This document shows, piece after piece, positions 21,219 to 31,740 of a stretch of 64,000 nt of DNA. The stretch covers positions 1 through 64,000 of the forward strand of contig JBGCEP010000025.1 in NCBI GenBank assembly GCA_045106415.1, in the 5' to 3' direction. The stretch's first letter is position 1, and each line of letters opens with the position of its first letter. The notes under the pieces are model-generated. The model saw nothing but the letters and a program-made list of their open reading frames with translations, made no database searches and was not told where the DNA came from. This DNA is from Oligoflexales bacterium. Lineage in GTDB: Bacteria > Bdellovibrionota_B > Oligoflexia > Oligoflexales > Bog-1112. A program made the translations under genes and the position numbers.

Positions 21219-22856
21219 TCACTGATTTTTTTTGGTGAGATAGAAAAAGTCACGGCGATTATTATCCATAACATATCGATGCCTTTGCAGTGTTGGTGGA
21301 TAGAGCATTTCCTGATGAAGATACTCAATTTGAAGTTTTTGTTCATTGGTATTGAATTTGAATAACGCGTTATGAACATACATAAGTGCATTCATATCGA
21401 GGTGCATTGCATTTTTACAAGAATAAGATTGCATGACTCTTACCATAGAGCTGGGAGTAGCATGTGTAAAAGCCATAAAAATAAGATATTTTTTGTTTTT
21501 ACTCTCTTGAATACATACGCCAGAACGGATGCTTCTTCTTAAACCTTTAGCGTCCGCAGACCAGTTACCGTACTCATAATTATTAAGTAAGTTACTGGGC
21601 TCCCAGTTTTCGATAAGCATGACCCCATTTTGTCTAGCATCGACAGTGATATTTTTTTGAGAATCAGCCCGACTCCATGCATGGAGTCGGACGTGAGAAG
21701 CGTTATCTATTGATAGAGTGGCAAGACCATGTGACATATGTGCAAGATGAACACCATTTTGTATATAGCCATAAGTTTTTCCTTGAAAAGGCCCTTCTTT
21801 AATTGTGCTATGTCTTGATTTAAATCCACCTATAAAAACCGAAACAGCTTGGTTAAGTTTGTAAGGAGGAACAGATCCAATAGGTTTTAAGTATTTGTTA
21901 TATCTCATTTTTTGATGGTTTCTGGGAGTTTTAATAGGAGGTTGTTCAGTTCCTACTGAGTATTTTAATGAAAACTTACTAAGATCATAAGCTGTCACAT
22001 AGATAAGAGAGCTAAGCTCTTCCGAGTGAATGTTGTTAACACGATTTTTATAAGTTTTTAAAAGGTGTTTAGGTACTAAATCAGCAGTGTATAGGCTAAT
22101 GTAAATGCTTTTATGCATAGAACTTTCATACCATTGTCCCATTTTTATTGAATTTTCTTCATTTTGAATAGATATTCCAAGTTGATGGTCTTCAGAGTTT
22201 AAAACTGTATTTTTTTCTTGTATAAGAGGTGATTCTGGAAAATAATCAGGTTGTTTTTTGCTCTTTGAATTTTTATGAATTCGTGTGACTTTCTCAGCTT
22301 TCATGTCAACCAGTGTAGGTTTAACAGTGCTGATAATGCTTTCTCCAAATGATGTTGACCTTAGAATGTCTGTGCCCCACTCTGTGAGAGATAAAGGGGT
22401 CTTACTACTGCGATATAAACGAAGATAAATCCAACCATTACAAAGGCTAATGAAAGGGTTTGGGTTTTTTGAAAAATTCATTTTTGTGATGTTGTGCATC
22501 GATTGTTGAGACCATAGAGCACAATGTTTTTTCTGGCCTGAGACTTTTGTTAGATTAAGACCGTCCTTTACAAGAGTTAAAACTGTTGTTGGGTTTGGGT
22601 TTTCAAAGTGAAAATATCTAGCGTAGAATGGTTTTTGAGTTTTATCCGTGATTTTAATAATATGCCAAATATTCACTTTGGGATTGATGTTGGCCCACGC
22701 AATCGAAACTTTCTGAGAAACTTGAAATTTGGAGAGTTTGAAAGCTTGAGCTGGTAAAGTGATGCAGAAACTACTTATGAAGCATAAAAAAATGTTCCAC
22801 TGTTGCTTTCTTTTTTGAAAAAGTAGTGATTTTTTTTTTGTTTTTTTGAAAAGCAC
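21219..22856 (-). CDS. Secreted hypothetical protein, C-terminal phosphodiester-glycosidase-like domain
   Basis: Signal ending AQA; FIGGFK, RQNG, RSIRSG, AMHLDMN motifs. Confidence 0.55.
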   Translation of the reverse strand: MLFKKTKKKSLLFQKRKQQWNIFLCFISSFCITLPAQAFKLSKFQVSQKVSIAWANINPKVNIWHIIKITDKTQKPFYARYFHFENPNPTTVLTLVKDGLNLTKVSGQKKHCALWSQQSMHNITKMNFSKNPNPFISLCNGWIYLRLYRSSKTPLSLTEWGTDILRSTSFGESIISTVKPTLVDMKAEKVTRIHKNSKSKKQPDYFPESPLIQEKNTVLNSEDHQLGISIQNEENSIKMGQWYESSMHKSIYISLYTADLVPKHLLKTYKNRVNNIHSEELSSLIYVTAYDLSKFSLKYSVGTEQPPIKTPRNHQKMRYNKYLKPIGSVPPYKLNQAVSVFIGGFKSRHSTIKEGPFQGKTYGYIQNGVHLAHMSHGLATLSIDNASHVRLHAWSRADSQKNITVDARQNGVMLIENWEPSNLLNNYEYGNWSADAKGLRRSIRSGVCIQESKNKKYLIFMAFTHATPSSMVRVMQSYSCKNAMHLDMNALMYVHNALFKFNTNEQKLQIEYLHQEMLYPPTLQRHRYVMDNNRRDFFYLTKKNQ

Positions 22857-23099
22857 AACTTTCCCATAACCTTAAAAAGAATGATTTCTTATACTGTGTT
22901 GATCGGATGATTTTCAGGAGATATGAAGCTCTTGTAGATTTCCATTAGAAGTGTGGCATAAAGAACTGTGTGATCTAGGGAGAGTGATGCTTGATACCGC
23001 TTAAAATAATTTTTACAAGAATAAAATTATTTTAAAGATCATGCTCGTGATGATTGTTTTAAATAATATTCAGTTAATAGAAAACCATAACCAAGGTTC

Positions 23100-24365
23100 T
23101 CATGGAGAGGTTTTAACCTGAAAACAATCTGAGCATTGGAGAGAGTAGCCTGTATAGGTTGCATCAAAGCTTCCTTCAAGAATAAAGGAGAAGGAGAGGT
23201 CGATAAGTCCTTTGTTCTTTCCGCGTTCTCGGGTTGTCAAATAACCTTTGGCTCCATCTTTAAATGAAATTTTGATGGAGCGAGGAGAATCAAATGTTTC
23301 TTCTTTTTTGTCACCTTTTTTTGTCGTCTGTTGAGTTTCGGTTGTAACTTTTTTTGATGTGTTTTGAGTGATGGTTGGGATGTCTGTTTTTGTATCAGAT
23401 GCTGCATCTTCATCGGGATCTTTAGGAGGGTTTTGGGCTGTGTCTACAGGAGTTGGTTCTGTGATTCTGATTGGATTTTTCTCATTGTTATCAGGGTTTT
23501 GAGGGCTAGGGTTTATGCTATCATCGTCGTCACCACTTAAAACAGCAGCTAATGTTATTACTGTTGTAACAGCCGTAAAAGCACCAGCCCATAAGAATTT
23601 TTGAGTTGGAGTACTATCAGTATATTTTTGTTTTATATTTTCAAAAAATCGTAATGCGATGTTTTTTTGATTTTTTTGTGCCTGAGTATCATCAAGAGTT
23701 TGCTTTTTCTCAAGATCAGATATTTGTGATTTGAGGCGAAACATCGTTTCCTCAACTCTAGCAGATATTTCAAGGTTTTTAGCTGGATCGTTAGGGTTAA
23801 TAAATTGAGAGGTTTCTTTATCAATTGTTTTTTCCAGTGAGCTTATTTTTTGCTCTAGATCATCTCTGATTTTTAAATTTTCTTTGGTTTGTTTTTCAGA
23901 TTTTATTTCAATGAGTTTTTTTTGATTTTGTATTAATTCGTGGCGATACTGATGTATTTTTTGATAGTTTTCTTGTTTTGATTTGATTGTGGAATTTGTT
24001 CCTGTTTGGTTAATTTTTGTTAAAGAAAGGGCAGACTCGATGATGTCATCAGAATGGATTGCTAAAGTGAGTTCGCCATCGTCATTTGCATATCTTGAGA
24101 GTTGAGGGTATCCCTGAGTTGGCAGAACAATCCATGCAAGTTTATTTTGGAGCCATGTGCTGTCTTGTGCACTAGGTCCATATGTCAGTTGTTCATCATC
24201 AGATAAAATAACGCTAGTATCTGGAACATAATAAATTAAACCACTTTCAGCTTTGTAAGATTCTTCTTCACCTACGGTTCTATTGTTTGATGTTTTTTTC
24301 TTACACCCTGAAAAAAAACATAAGAATGATATGATTATACAATAGTACATTTTTTGGACTGTCAT
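23100..24365 (-). CDS. Lipoprotein with shared leader motif, coiled coil and internal hydrophobic helix
   Basis: Lipobox FSGC; QGYPQLSRYANDDG motif; heptad-rich region; FLWAGAFTAVTTVITLAAVL. Confidence 0.75.
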   Translation of the reverse strand: MTVQKMYYCIIISFLCFFSGCKKKTSNNRTVGEEESYKAESGLIYYVPDTSVILSDDEQLTYGPSAQDSTWLQNKLAWIVLPTQGYPQLSRYANDDGELTLAIHSDDIIESALSLTKINQTGTNSTIKSKQENYQKIHQYRHELIQNQKKLIEIKSEKQTKENLKIRDDLEQKISSLEKTIDKETSQFINPNDPAKNLEISARVEETMFRLKSQISDLEKKQTLDDTQAQKNQKNIALRFFENIKQKYTDSTPTQKFLWAGAFTAVTTVITLAAVLSGDDDDSINPSPQNPDNNEKNPIRITEPTPVDTAQNPPKDPDEDAASDTKTDIPTITQNTSKKVTTETQQTTKKGDKKEETFDSPRSIKISFKDGAKGYLTTRERGKNKGLIDLSFSFILEGSFDATYTGYSLQCSDCFQVKTSP

Positions 24366-24540
24366 CGGTTATCTCCTTAGGCATAAGATTGCACATATAT
24401 AAATATTTGATTTTATAGAAAAATATGAATTCCAACTGTGATTGATGAATTTGAATCAGTTTCTAATACTATTATAGTAGAAGAATGGTGAAAATGCTTT
24501 TATTGATGGTGGCTGTGCTCTCAAAATAACAGGGGATGCT

Positions 24541-26841
24541 ATGAGATATGTTCTGAAATTTATGGTTACTATTTTTTTTGTATTTATGTTTATTTTATGG
24601 TTTTTGATTGATAAAGCTCAACCTTTACGTGATGGAAAAGTGAATCTTGTAGGGCTCCAAGAGGAAGTTGAAGTTTTATACGATAGTTATGGAGTCCCTC
24701 ATATTTATGCTGGATCTGAACTTGATGCTTACAGAACGTTGGGTTGGGTGCATGCACAAGACCGTTTATTTCAGATGGAGGTATTGAGGCGAGTGAGTCA
24801 AGGCAGGTTGTCTGAGATTTTTGGGGCGTCGACTGTTGATCTTGATAAGTTTCATAGGACTCTTGGCCTTTATTATCATGGAGGTGAAATCCTTGATTCG
24901 TTTAAGAAACGTCCAGTTTATAAAGTTTTAGAAGCATATTTAGAAGGGGTTAATCAACAAGTGTTAAGTGGATCCAAACCACTTGAAATGCAAGTTCTCG
25001 ATGTAGAGATAGAACCCTTTACAGCTCAAGATATTTTAGGGATATCGGCATATATTGCACTAAGTTTTTCAAAAAGCTTAGAAACAGATTCATCATTGTC
25101 GTGGATGCATGAAAATCTTGATCAGTCTTTTTTAGCAGAATGGTTTCCTTCGACTCCAAAACCTATTTCAAATCCTATGATGTGGATGCCTCCTACAGAT
25201 TTTGATCTTGGGCTTAGCCCATGGAAATTCGATGGGAGTAATGCGTGGGTTGTCGACGCAACTAAATCTAAATCTGGTTACCCTATGCTGGCAAATGATC
25301 CACATATGGATTTTGCATTACCAGGGGTTTGGTATGAAGCGCATTTGCATGCTCCTGATTTTGAGATTTATGGGCATCATGTTGCAGGGGTCCCTGTTGC
25401 CATTCTAGGTCATAACAGAAAGATGGCATGGGGGGTCACTATGTTTCAGAATGATGACATTATTTTGTACGATGAAAAATTTTCACCTCGAGGTGAAAAT
25501 TGGGTTATATGGAAAGGCCAAGAAGAAAAAGTGAAAACTAGAGTTGAGACAATTATAATAAAAGGTCAAGAGCCACAACAATTGACGCTGAAAACAACCG
25601 CACGTGGACCTATAGTTTCTTCAGTTGTGAAAACATTATCGGGTCGAGGGCCTGTTTCAATGTGGTGGGCTTTTTATGATCCTCGTAATGATTTATTAGG
25701 AGGATTTTATGATTTAGCACATAGTAACGATATCGCGAGTTATAAAGAATCGATAAGAAAAATTTTAGCCCCAGGTTTAAATATTTTATATGCACATCGG
25801 ACAGAAGGTATTGCTTGGTGGGCGACAGCATTATTACCCCAGCCTGATGCTAAAGTTCCTCCTTTTATCCTACCTAGGGGGAGCTTAATTGGATACGGAA
25901 AAGAAAGAGATTTTTTGAAAAATCCACATCTTATAAATCCTTCTAAAGGCTATATTGTCTCTGCAAATCAAGAGCCAGAGACAAAAGATGTTGCTGGTTA
26001 TTTCAGTACAGCATCTAGAGCGCAAAGAATTGAGAAATTACTTAAAAGATCTCAAGTTAAGCTCTCACCTCAACATCATATGGATGTTCAATTGGATCAT
26101 CATTCAGGAAGTCAGCATAATTTATTGCAGGCGCTTGTTTCTATTGTGAAACAGCAAGATATGGTCTCTGGCCCTATAGAACAGTTGGCTTCTTGGGATG
26201 GAAGCTATAAAAGTGATGATCATGGAGCTCCTATTTATAATGAATTTTTGAAAAGAATTTCTTCAGAATTATTTGGCACTCATTTACCTAAAGGAGTTGT
26301 GCAAAACTTGATGTCGACAAATTTAATTCATAATGTCCTCCCGAGAATTATTTTGAATCCGAAGTCAGTATGGTGGATGAATAAAGAACACAGAAAAATA
26401 GTTGTGCAAAAGTCATGGAACCAGACAATTGATTATTTAAAAACAACTTTAGGGCCAGAGCCAAAAAAATGGACATGGGGAGCTGTCCATACTTTGGAAT
26501 TAAGCCACCCGATGGGAGTAGGGCCGCTCCGACGCTTTTTAAACCTTGGACCGACCCCGATATCAGGAGCACGTAGTGAGATTAATAATATGACAACAGC
26601 ATTTTCTCCTGGTGCTTATTCTGTGGGGAGTGGGCCCTCGACTCGTAGGATTATTGATTTAGGGAATCCCACTCGAAGTTATGGAATTTTACCAGCTGGG
26701 CAGTCTGGAGTCCCTTTTGATAAGCATTATGGAGATCAGCATCAGATGTTTGTGAAAGGACAATATCGCTATCAGTTATTAAATAGAGAAGATATATTAG
26801 AGGAATTGAGTAGTCGCCTTTATTTTGAGCCTGGGTCATAG
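24541..26841 (+). CDS. Penicillin acylase family Ntn-hydrolase
   Basis: GVPHIYA, AQDRLFQME, GSNAW nucleophile, LANDPH, GHN, SANQ, GQSG. Confidence 0.92.
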   Translation: MRYVLKFMVTIFFVFMFILWFLIDKAQPLRDGKVNLVGLQEEVEVLYDSYGVPHIYAGSELDAYRTLGWVHAQDRLFQMEVLRRVSQGRLSEIFGASTVDLDKFHRTLGLYYHGGEILDSFKKRPVYKVLEAYLEGVNQQVLSGSKPLEMQVLDVEIEPFTAQDILGISAYIALSFSKSLETDSSLSWMHENLDQSFLAEWFPSTPKPISNPMMWMPPTDFDLGLSPWKFDGSNAWVVDATKSKSGYPMLANDPHMDFALPGVWYEAHLHAPDFEIYGHHVAGVPVAILGHNRKMAWGVTMFQNDDIILYDEKFSPRGENWVIWKGQEEKVKTRVETIIIKGQEPQQLTLKTTARGPIVSSVVKTLSGRGPVSMWWAFYDPRNDLLGGFYDLAHSNDIASYKESIRKILAPGLNILYAHRTEGIAWWATALLPQPDAKVPPFILPRGSLIGYGKERDFLKNPHLINPSKGYIVSANQEPETKDVAGYFSTASRAQRIEKLLKRSQVKLSPQHHMDVQLDHHSGSQHNLLQALVSIVKQQDMVSGPIEQLASWDGSYKSDDHGAPIYNEFLKRISSELFGTHLPKGVVQNLMSTNLIHNVLPRIILNPKSVWWMNKEHRKIVVQKSWNQTIDYLKTTLGPEPKKWTWGAVHTLELSHPMGVGPLRRFLNLGPTPISGARSEINNMTTAFSPGAYSVGSGPSTRRIIDLGNPTRSYGILPAGQSGVPFDKHYGDQHQMFVKGQYRYQLLNREDILEELSSRLYFEPGS

Positions 26842-26849
26842 GATTTATT

Positions 26850-27485
26850 TTGGAACAGAAAAAAATTCAAGATATTGCTGTTTATTATAGAGTTTCAACT
26901 GATAGACAAGATATTGAAAGTCAAAAAACTGCTGTAGAGCAGTGGCTGCAAGATCTAAAGGAGCCGCCCTCATCAGTACAGAGTTACATAGATGAAGGTA
27001 TTTCGGGGAAAACACAAAATAGACCAGAATTTCAAAGTATGCTTGCTGATGCCGAAGAGAAAAAATTTGATACCATAGTGGTTTATCGCTTGGATCGATT
27101 TACTAGGGATGCAAATGCCGCAATACGTTTGATCTTAGATTTAGATCAAAAAGGAATTGCATTTATTTCCGTTACCCAACCTGTTCTTAACCTAGGCCAT
27201 GCAAACCCTTTTCGCCGGACAATGCTTGCAGCTTTTGCAGAAATCGCAGAAATTGAACGAGAAACTATCGTGACTCGTGTAAAAGCTGGTTTAACTGCGG
27301 CAAAGCAAAGAGGTGTGATTTTAGGTGCTCCTAGGAAAATAGATGATGAGATGCATATGAAAATGCATGATCTTAGATTACAAGGTTGGAGTTATCGAAA
27401 AATAGCCGATTTTTGTGATGTAAGTTTAGGTTCAGTTGCTAAAATTATGAAAACTTTTTCTAAAGGTAAAGAAGATGGACTCTAA
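26850..27485 (+). CDS. Serine recombinase (resolvase/invertase) with C-terminal HTH
   Basis: YYRVST, RPEF, RLDRFTR, EIERETI, LGAPR, GWSYRKIA. Confidence 0.93.
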   Translation: MEQKKIQDIAVYYRVSTDRQDIESQKTAVEQWLQDLKEPPSSVQSYIDEGISGKTQNRPEFQSMLADAEEKKFDTIVVYRLDRFTRDANAAIRLILDLDQKGIAFISVTQPVLNLGHANPFRRTMLAAFAEIAEIERETIVTRVKAGLTAAKQRGVILGAPRKIDDEMHMKMHDLRLQGWSYRKIADFCDVSLGSVAKIMKTFSKGKEDGL

Positions 27486-27954
27486 TCAGCTTCTCTTTCT
27501 TTTGAAAGATTTAAAAATTGATGTTGATCTTTATGAACATGAAGCTTTTTTTACTGTGAAAGATGCACAAAAAGGTCGTCTCATTGAAAAAGGATTGAGT
27601 ACAAAAAATCTTTTTTTAAGAGATGAAAAAGGTTGTCGTCATTTTCTTGTTGTTCAAAAAGATACAGAACGCGCAGATTTAAAAGCTCTAGCGGTTCAAT
27701 TAAGATGTAAAAAATTAAGTTTTGCTTCACCTGAGAGATTAAAGCGTTATCTGGGTTTAGAACCTGGTAGTGTAGGGTTTTTAGCTTTAATTTGTGATAA
27801 GAATCATGAAGTTGAATTGTATTTTGATAGTTCCGTACAAGATTTTGATTTTTTACAAACACATCCTTTAGTGAATACACAAACAGTTGTTATATCGAGG
27901 TTAGATACCAGAAAATTTTTAGACTATACAGGCCATTCGCATAACCTTAAATAA
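27475..27954 (+). CDS. YbaK/ProX-family aminoacyl-tRNA deacylase (PrdX-like)
   Basis: TKNLFLRD, LSFAS, LGLEPGSV, HPLVNTQT. Confidence 0.9.
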   Translation: MDSNQLLFLLKDLKIDVDLYEHEAFFTVKDAQKGRLIEKGLSTKNLFLRDEKGCRHFLVVQKDTERADLKALAVQLRCKKLSFASPERLKRYLGLEPGSVGFLALICDKNHEVELYFDSSVQDFDFLQTHPLVNTQTVVISRLDTRKFLDYTGHSHNLK

Positions 27955-27996
27955 GAGATGCAATCGTTAATATAATTTTTTGGAAATTAATTTTTT

Positions 27997-28440
27997 TTAT
28001 CGAGTTTGGCGAGAATTACTTAAAGAAAGAAGACCTTCTTCGAAATAGATCTTATGATCTGGTTCGATTTTACTGATAATGACTCCAAAAAGTTGACGCT
28101 GAGCGAGCTCAGGGGAGATTTCTTCATCGTCTCTTAAGGAAGTGCGCATGACCTCTAAATTTGCGTAAATAGGCCTATTAAAAAGTCGACAACTGAGGTC
28201 TATAGTCGCATTGATTTTAACGCCATTTGTAAAAGGAATAAGTGCTTTCGTTGCAGAAACAAGAAGCATGCCTGAGTTTGAAATGTCAGTCACGATAAGC
28301 TCAAATCCGTAGACTCTCATTCCCAGAGGTCTAGCAAGGACCCGCAGAGGAGGATTTAGGATGTGGCGTGCTTCTCTAGAAACTCTGCTTGACGAACGCC
28401 GAGATTCTACAGAATGATTTGCTTTTGGCAATGAACTCAT
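27997..28440 (-). CDS. PilZ-domain protein
   Basis: RRSSSR and SREAR switch followed by DISNSG. Confidence 0.75.
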   Translation of the reverse strand: MSSLPKANHSVESRRSSSRVSREARHILNPPLRVLARPLGMRVYGFELIVTDISNSGMLLVSATKALIPFTNGVKINATIDLSCRLFNRPIYANLEVMRTSLRDDEEISPELAQRQLFGVIISKIEPDHKIYFEEGLLSLSNSRQTR

Positions 28441-28463
28441 ATGTCCTCCGTTATACGAAGGAC

Positions 28464-28490
28464 TTATCGGTTTTTATACCAATGTATTGA
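28464..28490 (-). promoter_or_regulatory. Sigma-28-like promoter of the PilZ gene
   Basis: Minus strand TCAA-N15-ACCGATAA. Confidence 0.65.
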
Positions 28491-28603
28491 TTGAAAACAC
28501 CTAAATTTATTTTGGTGCACGGTATTATTTTAGATGTTTCAGGCGTTGCGCAAGATTTTGACGGACTCAACAATATGTAATTACAGGTGGTAATAACAGA
28601 GGC

Positions 28604-28631
28604 TCAAGTTATATAGCGTTGTGTCCGATAA
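28604..28631 (+). promoter_or_regulatory. Sigma-28-like promoter
   Basis: TCAAG-N15-TCCGATAA. Confidence 0.65.
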
Positions 28632-28680
28632 GCGTACTATACAAGCCTAATTGTTGAATTGACTGTGTAGTGGAGTTGTT

Positions 28681-28818
28681 GTGAGGCTTTCAAATTCTGA
28701 AGTGAGAAAAAATTGGCTAATGAATTATTTAATGTCAAGGCGCCGAAATAAAGGTGTAATGTTTAGAGAAGAAAGAATAAAATCTTCGTATAAGGAAGAA
28801 TGTTTATTACTTTCATAA
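28681..28818 (+). CDS. Small basic protein, 45 aa (not in ORF track)
   Basis: GGAG 5 nt before GTG; MRLSNSEVRKNWLMNYLMSRRRNKGVMFREERIKSSYKEECLLLS; promoter motif 50 nt upstream. Confidence 0.5.
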   Translation: MRLSNSEVRKNWLMNYLMSRRRNKGVMFREERIKSSYKEECLLLS

Positions 28819-28834
28819 GATTTAAATATCTGTT

Positions 28835-29239
28835 TTAAGTAGGAATAATTTCCTTATAGAAATCTTTGTTTTTTAAGAAAACAGAGATTTCTACAGGGAT
28901 TTTTTTATACGTTTTTTTCATATGTTTCAAAGCTTGAGCACCGTGTTGATATTTTGTTCTTGAATTGAGACAAATACTATAGCTAGACTCGACTTCAGAG
29001 TACGCAAAAATATTCGGGAAAGCATCATCTCCAAATATCGCTAATAACAAAAGTTGAAACGGTGAAGATGCGGCGTCAATTAGAAGAACAAATGGAGAAA
29101 GAGCTAAACCCGTCACAAAGCGATTCTCTGTTTCTGGATTTTCTCCGATATCCCCGAAGAATTCTTCTTGTACAACTTTAGAGAAAAAGCATTGAGTCAG
29201 AAAGAAAGAGAAAAAAATCGTGATGAAGTATGAGCGCAT
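28835..29239 (-). CDS. Hypothetical lipoprotein-like protein
   Basis: Start moved to ATG 29239 (AAAGG RBS), giving signal MRSYFITIFFSFFLTQC. Confidence 0.55.
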   Translation of the reverse strand: MRSYFITIFFSFFLTQCFFSKVVQEEFFGDIGENPETENRFVTGLALSPFVLLIDAASSPFQLLLLAIFGDDAFPNIFAYSEVESSYSICLNSRTKYQHGAQALKHMKKTYKKIPVEISVFLKNKDFYKEIIPT

Positions 29240-29380
29240 ATAGGTAACCTTTTCGTAAGCCTTTAGATCTATTCTATCTGCAGCTGGAGGTAGAGACAAA
29301 TAGAGTATTTTGCTGAAGTCTTGAAAGATTTTGTGAAACTCAGTAGGCTTGTCATGGAAAAGAATGAAATTTGACAATAA

Positions 29381-30562
29381 ATGAGGTTAGTGATGTCTTT
29401 ACCAATGACGGGTTATCACAGCTATGAACACTTTGTTCGAGATATGGACCGCGCTGTAAAGTTTTATACAGAGACTTTAGGCTATAAGGTTATCGGTAAA
29501 GCGCATGCAAATCAGATTGAAACCGACGGTATGGAGCGGGTTGTTCTTGCGGGTGGTGAGAATATCCACCTTATTTTGAGTAAACCACTGCAAGATTGGT
29601 CAATTGCAGCACAATATTTGAAGCGACATCCAGAGGGTATTTCTTTTTTAAATTTTTATGTCCCTTCTTTACAAGAAGCTTTCAATTACCTTGAAGAACG
29701 TGGTGCGACGTTTTTATACGAACCACAATGGGTTGAAGACGGTTCAGGTAAGTTTGGGCAGTTTGCAATTGCTACGGCTTTGGACGATGTGAGCTTTCGT
29801 TTTATAGATGCAAGCAATTATAAAGATTTTGCTCCAGGTTTTGAATTAACGCAGCCAGTTGGAAGCTATTCTTCTCCGTTTGGTTTTAAGTCTATTGATC
29901 ATGTGACTTGTAATGTTAAGACTCTACAACCTCTTATGAGTTTTTATAAAGAAGTGATGGGTTTTGAGTCTTTTTGGGATATTGCTTTTCATACAAATGA
30001 TGTTAATCCAAATTTGCCCGTGGGAAGTGGTTTAAAATCCGAGGTTGTTTGGCATAAAGATTCAAATGTAAAGTTTGCAAATAATGAGCCTTTAGCGCCT
30101 TTTTTTAGAAATAGCCAAATTGATATTTATCTAGCAGATAACCAAGGCTCAGGAATACAGCATCTCGCTTTTGAGGTTGAAGATATTTTAAACACAATGG
30201 ATCAACTGACTAATCTGAAGTCTTCATTTTTACAAGCCCCTCCAAATTATTACTCTAATATCCCAGAACGTTTAAAAGAGAGCGGCTTTAAAGGTGAGAT
30301 TGATGAACCACTAAAAGAATTAGAGAAAAGAGCATTATTAGTTGATGCTTCTGAAAAAGGTTATCTCCTTCAAATTTTTTCTCTTGAACTTTCTCGTATT
30401 CATAATGACCCACAGGCTGGAGCTCTTTTTTATGAATTGATTCAAAGAAAAGGCGATGAAGGTTTTGGTGGTGGAAATTTTAGAGCACTGTTTGAAACTA
30501 TTGAGATTGATCAAATTGAAATGAAGAAAACAGCAGAAAAATTACCCTTGGAAATGATTTAA
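29381..30562 (+). CDS. hppD: 4-hydroxyphenylpyruvate dioxygenase
   Basis: IDHVTCNV, SQI, GIQHLA, GYLLQIF, FYELIQRKG, GFGGGNFRALFE. Confidence 0.93.
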   Translation: MRLVMSLPMTGYHSYEHFVRDMDRAVKFYTETLGYKVIGKAHANQIETDGMERVVLAGGENIHLILSKPLQDWSIAAQYLKRHPEGISFLNFYVPSLQEAFNYLEERGATFLYEPQWVEDGSGKFGQFAIATALDDVSFRFIDASNYKDFAPGFELTQPVGSYSSPFGFKSIDHVTCNVKTLQPLMSFYKEVMGFESFWDIAFHTNDVNPNLPVGSGLKSEVVWHKDSNVKFANNEPLAPFFRNSQIDIYLADNQGSGIQHLAFEVEDILNTMDQLTNLKSSFLQAPPNYYSNIPERLKESGFKGEIDEPLKELEKRALLVDASEKGYLLQIFSLELSRIHNDPQAGALFYELIQRKGDEGFGGGNFRALFETIEIDQIEMKKTAEKLPLEMI

Positions 30563-30573
30563 AGGAGAAAGCC

Positions 30574-31734
30574 GTGCTGGAAAGACGATACCTCGGCCAT
30601 ATTCCTAAAAAACCTCACACCATTTTTGAATATGAGGGTAAAAAATATACGGAATGGGTCATCACCAGAGATGGCTTTCAAGGCGGATTTTCACTTTTAT
30701 ATCAACCTGAAGCACCCACAACACTTGGAATGCCTCAAACATTTGAATGTGATCTTCAGGCCTTTTTTGGGAGTTACTCTCCTGAAAAAGGGTTAAGCCG
30801 TCGACATTTTCAATCCCAGAACATGTCTGCAGGTAAAACTTGGATGACCTCACGCCGGGGGCTTATGAAAAGTGAGCATTGCCGTCTGAGTGCTGTGGTT
30901 GGTAGTATGGATGGTCCAGCTTTTTGTAATGCAGAAGCTGATGAACTTTATTTTATTCGTAGTGGGAATGGTGAACTTTTAACACCATTTGGGAAGTTGC
31001 CTTTTTCTTTAGGCGATTACCTTTTGATACCTCGAGGTATCATATGGAAAATGCAAACAGAATCCGATTTAGATGCTTTATTAATAGAAGGTTTTCCTGA
31101 ACTTGGAATACCTCAAGATTTTCTAAATCCCCACGGTCAGTTAAAACTAGAATCTCCTTATACACATCGTGATTTTCGCTCTCCTCAGGTGCTTCTGACA
31201 AATGAAGAGGCAGATTTGTTAAAAGAAGTCGTTGTTATGAGGCAAGAAGGTTTAACTCTTCATCATTATAAAAATTCTCCAGCCCGCACTGTTGGCTGGG
31301 ATGGAAGTGTTTACCCAGTGGCTTTTCAGATGAGTCTTTATCAACCAAAGACAGGTAAAATTCATCTTCCCCCAAACCTTCATTTGACTTTTCAAGGAAC
31401 AGGATTCGTTGTTTGTTCTTTTGTTCCGCGGAAAGTCGATTATATGGATGGAGCGATTCCGTGCCCTTATCCTCATGCAAATGTTGCTTGTGATGAAGTT
31501 CTTTATTATGTCAGTGGAGATTTCACGTCTCGTAAAGGGGTGGGGCCAGGAAGTTTAAGTTATCACCCATATGGTATAGCGCATGGACCACAACCAGGGC
31601 AATATTTCGCAAGTATTGGTCAAGAGTCAACCAAAGAAATGGCTGTTATGATTGATACATGGGAACCCTTGAGCATTGCACAGCAGGCATATGATGTTGA
31701 AGACCTCAACTATCCTAAAAGTTGGACTGTGTAG
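30574..31734 (+). CDS. hmgA: Homogentisate 1,2-dioxygenase
   Basis: IPKKPH, VGWDG, HLPP, CSFVPR, PYPHAN, HPYGIAHGPQPG, AVMIDT. Confidence 0.92.
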   Translation: MLERRYLGHIPKKPHTIFEYEGKKYTEWVITRDGFQGGFSLLYQPEAPTTLGMPQTFECDLQAFFGSYSPEKGLSRRHFQSQNMSAGKTWMTSRRGLMKSEHCRLSAVVGSMDGPAFCNAEADELYFIRSGNGELLTPFGKLPFSLGDYLLIPRGIIWKMQTESDLDALLIEGFPELGIPQDFLNPHGQLKLESPYTHRDFRSPQVLLTNEEADLLKEVVVMRQEGLTLHHYKNSPARTVGWDGSVYPVAFQMSLYQPKTGKIHLPPNLHLTFQGTGFVVCSFVPRKVDYMDGAIPCPYPHANVACDEVLYYVSGDFTSRKGVGPGSLSYHPYGIAHGPQPGQYFASIGQESTKEMAVMIDTWEPLSIAQQAYDVEDLNYPKSWTV

Positions 31735-31740
31735 TTACAG

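Noticed and set aside
22830..22847. Homopolymer tracts as phase-variation switches (also near 10104)
   Set aside because: A/T runs of this length are common throughout this AT-rich window and the frames are intact
24358..24385. Sigma-28 promoter for the 23100..24365 lipoprotein (also near 21086)
   Set aside because: CCGATG overlaps the annotated start codon and no -35 element lies at the right spacing
28621..28648. dif site at GTGTCCGATAA
   Set aside because: No TTATG-type XerD arm; better explained as a sigma-28 -10 element
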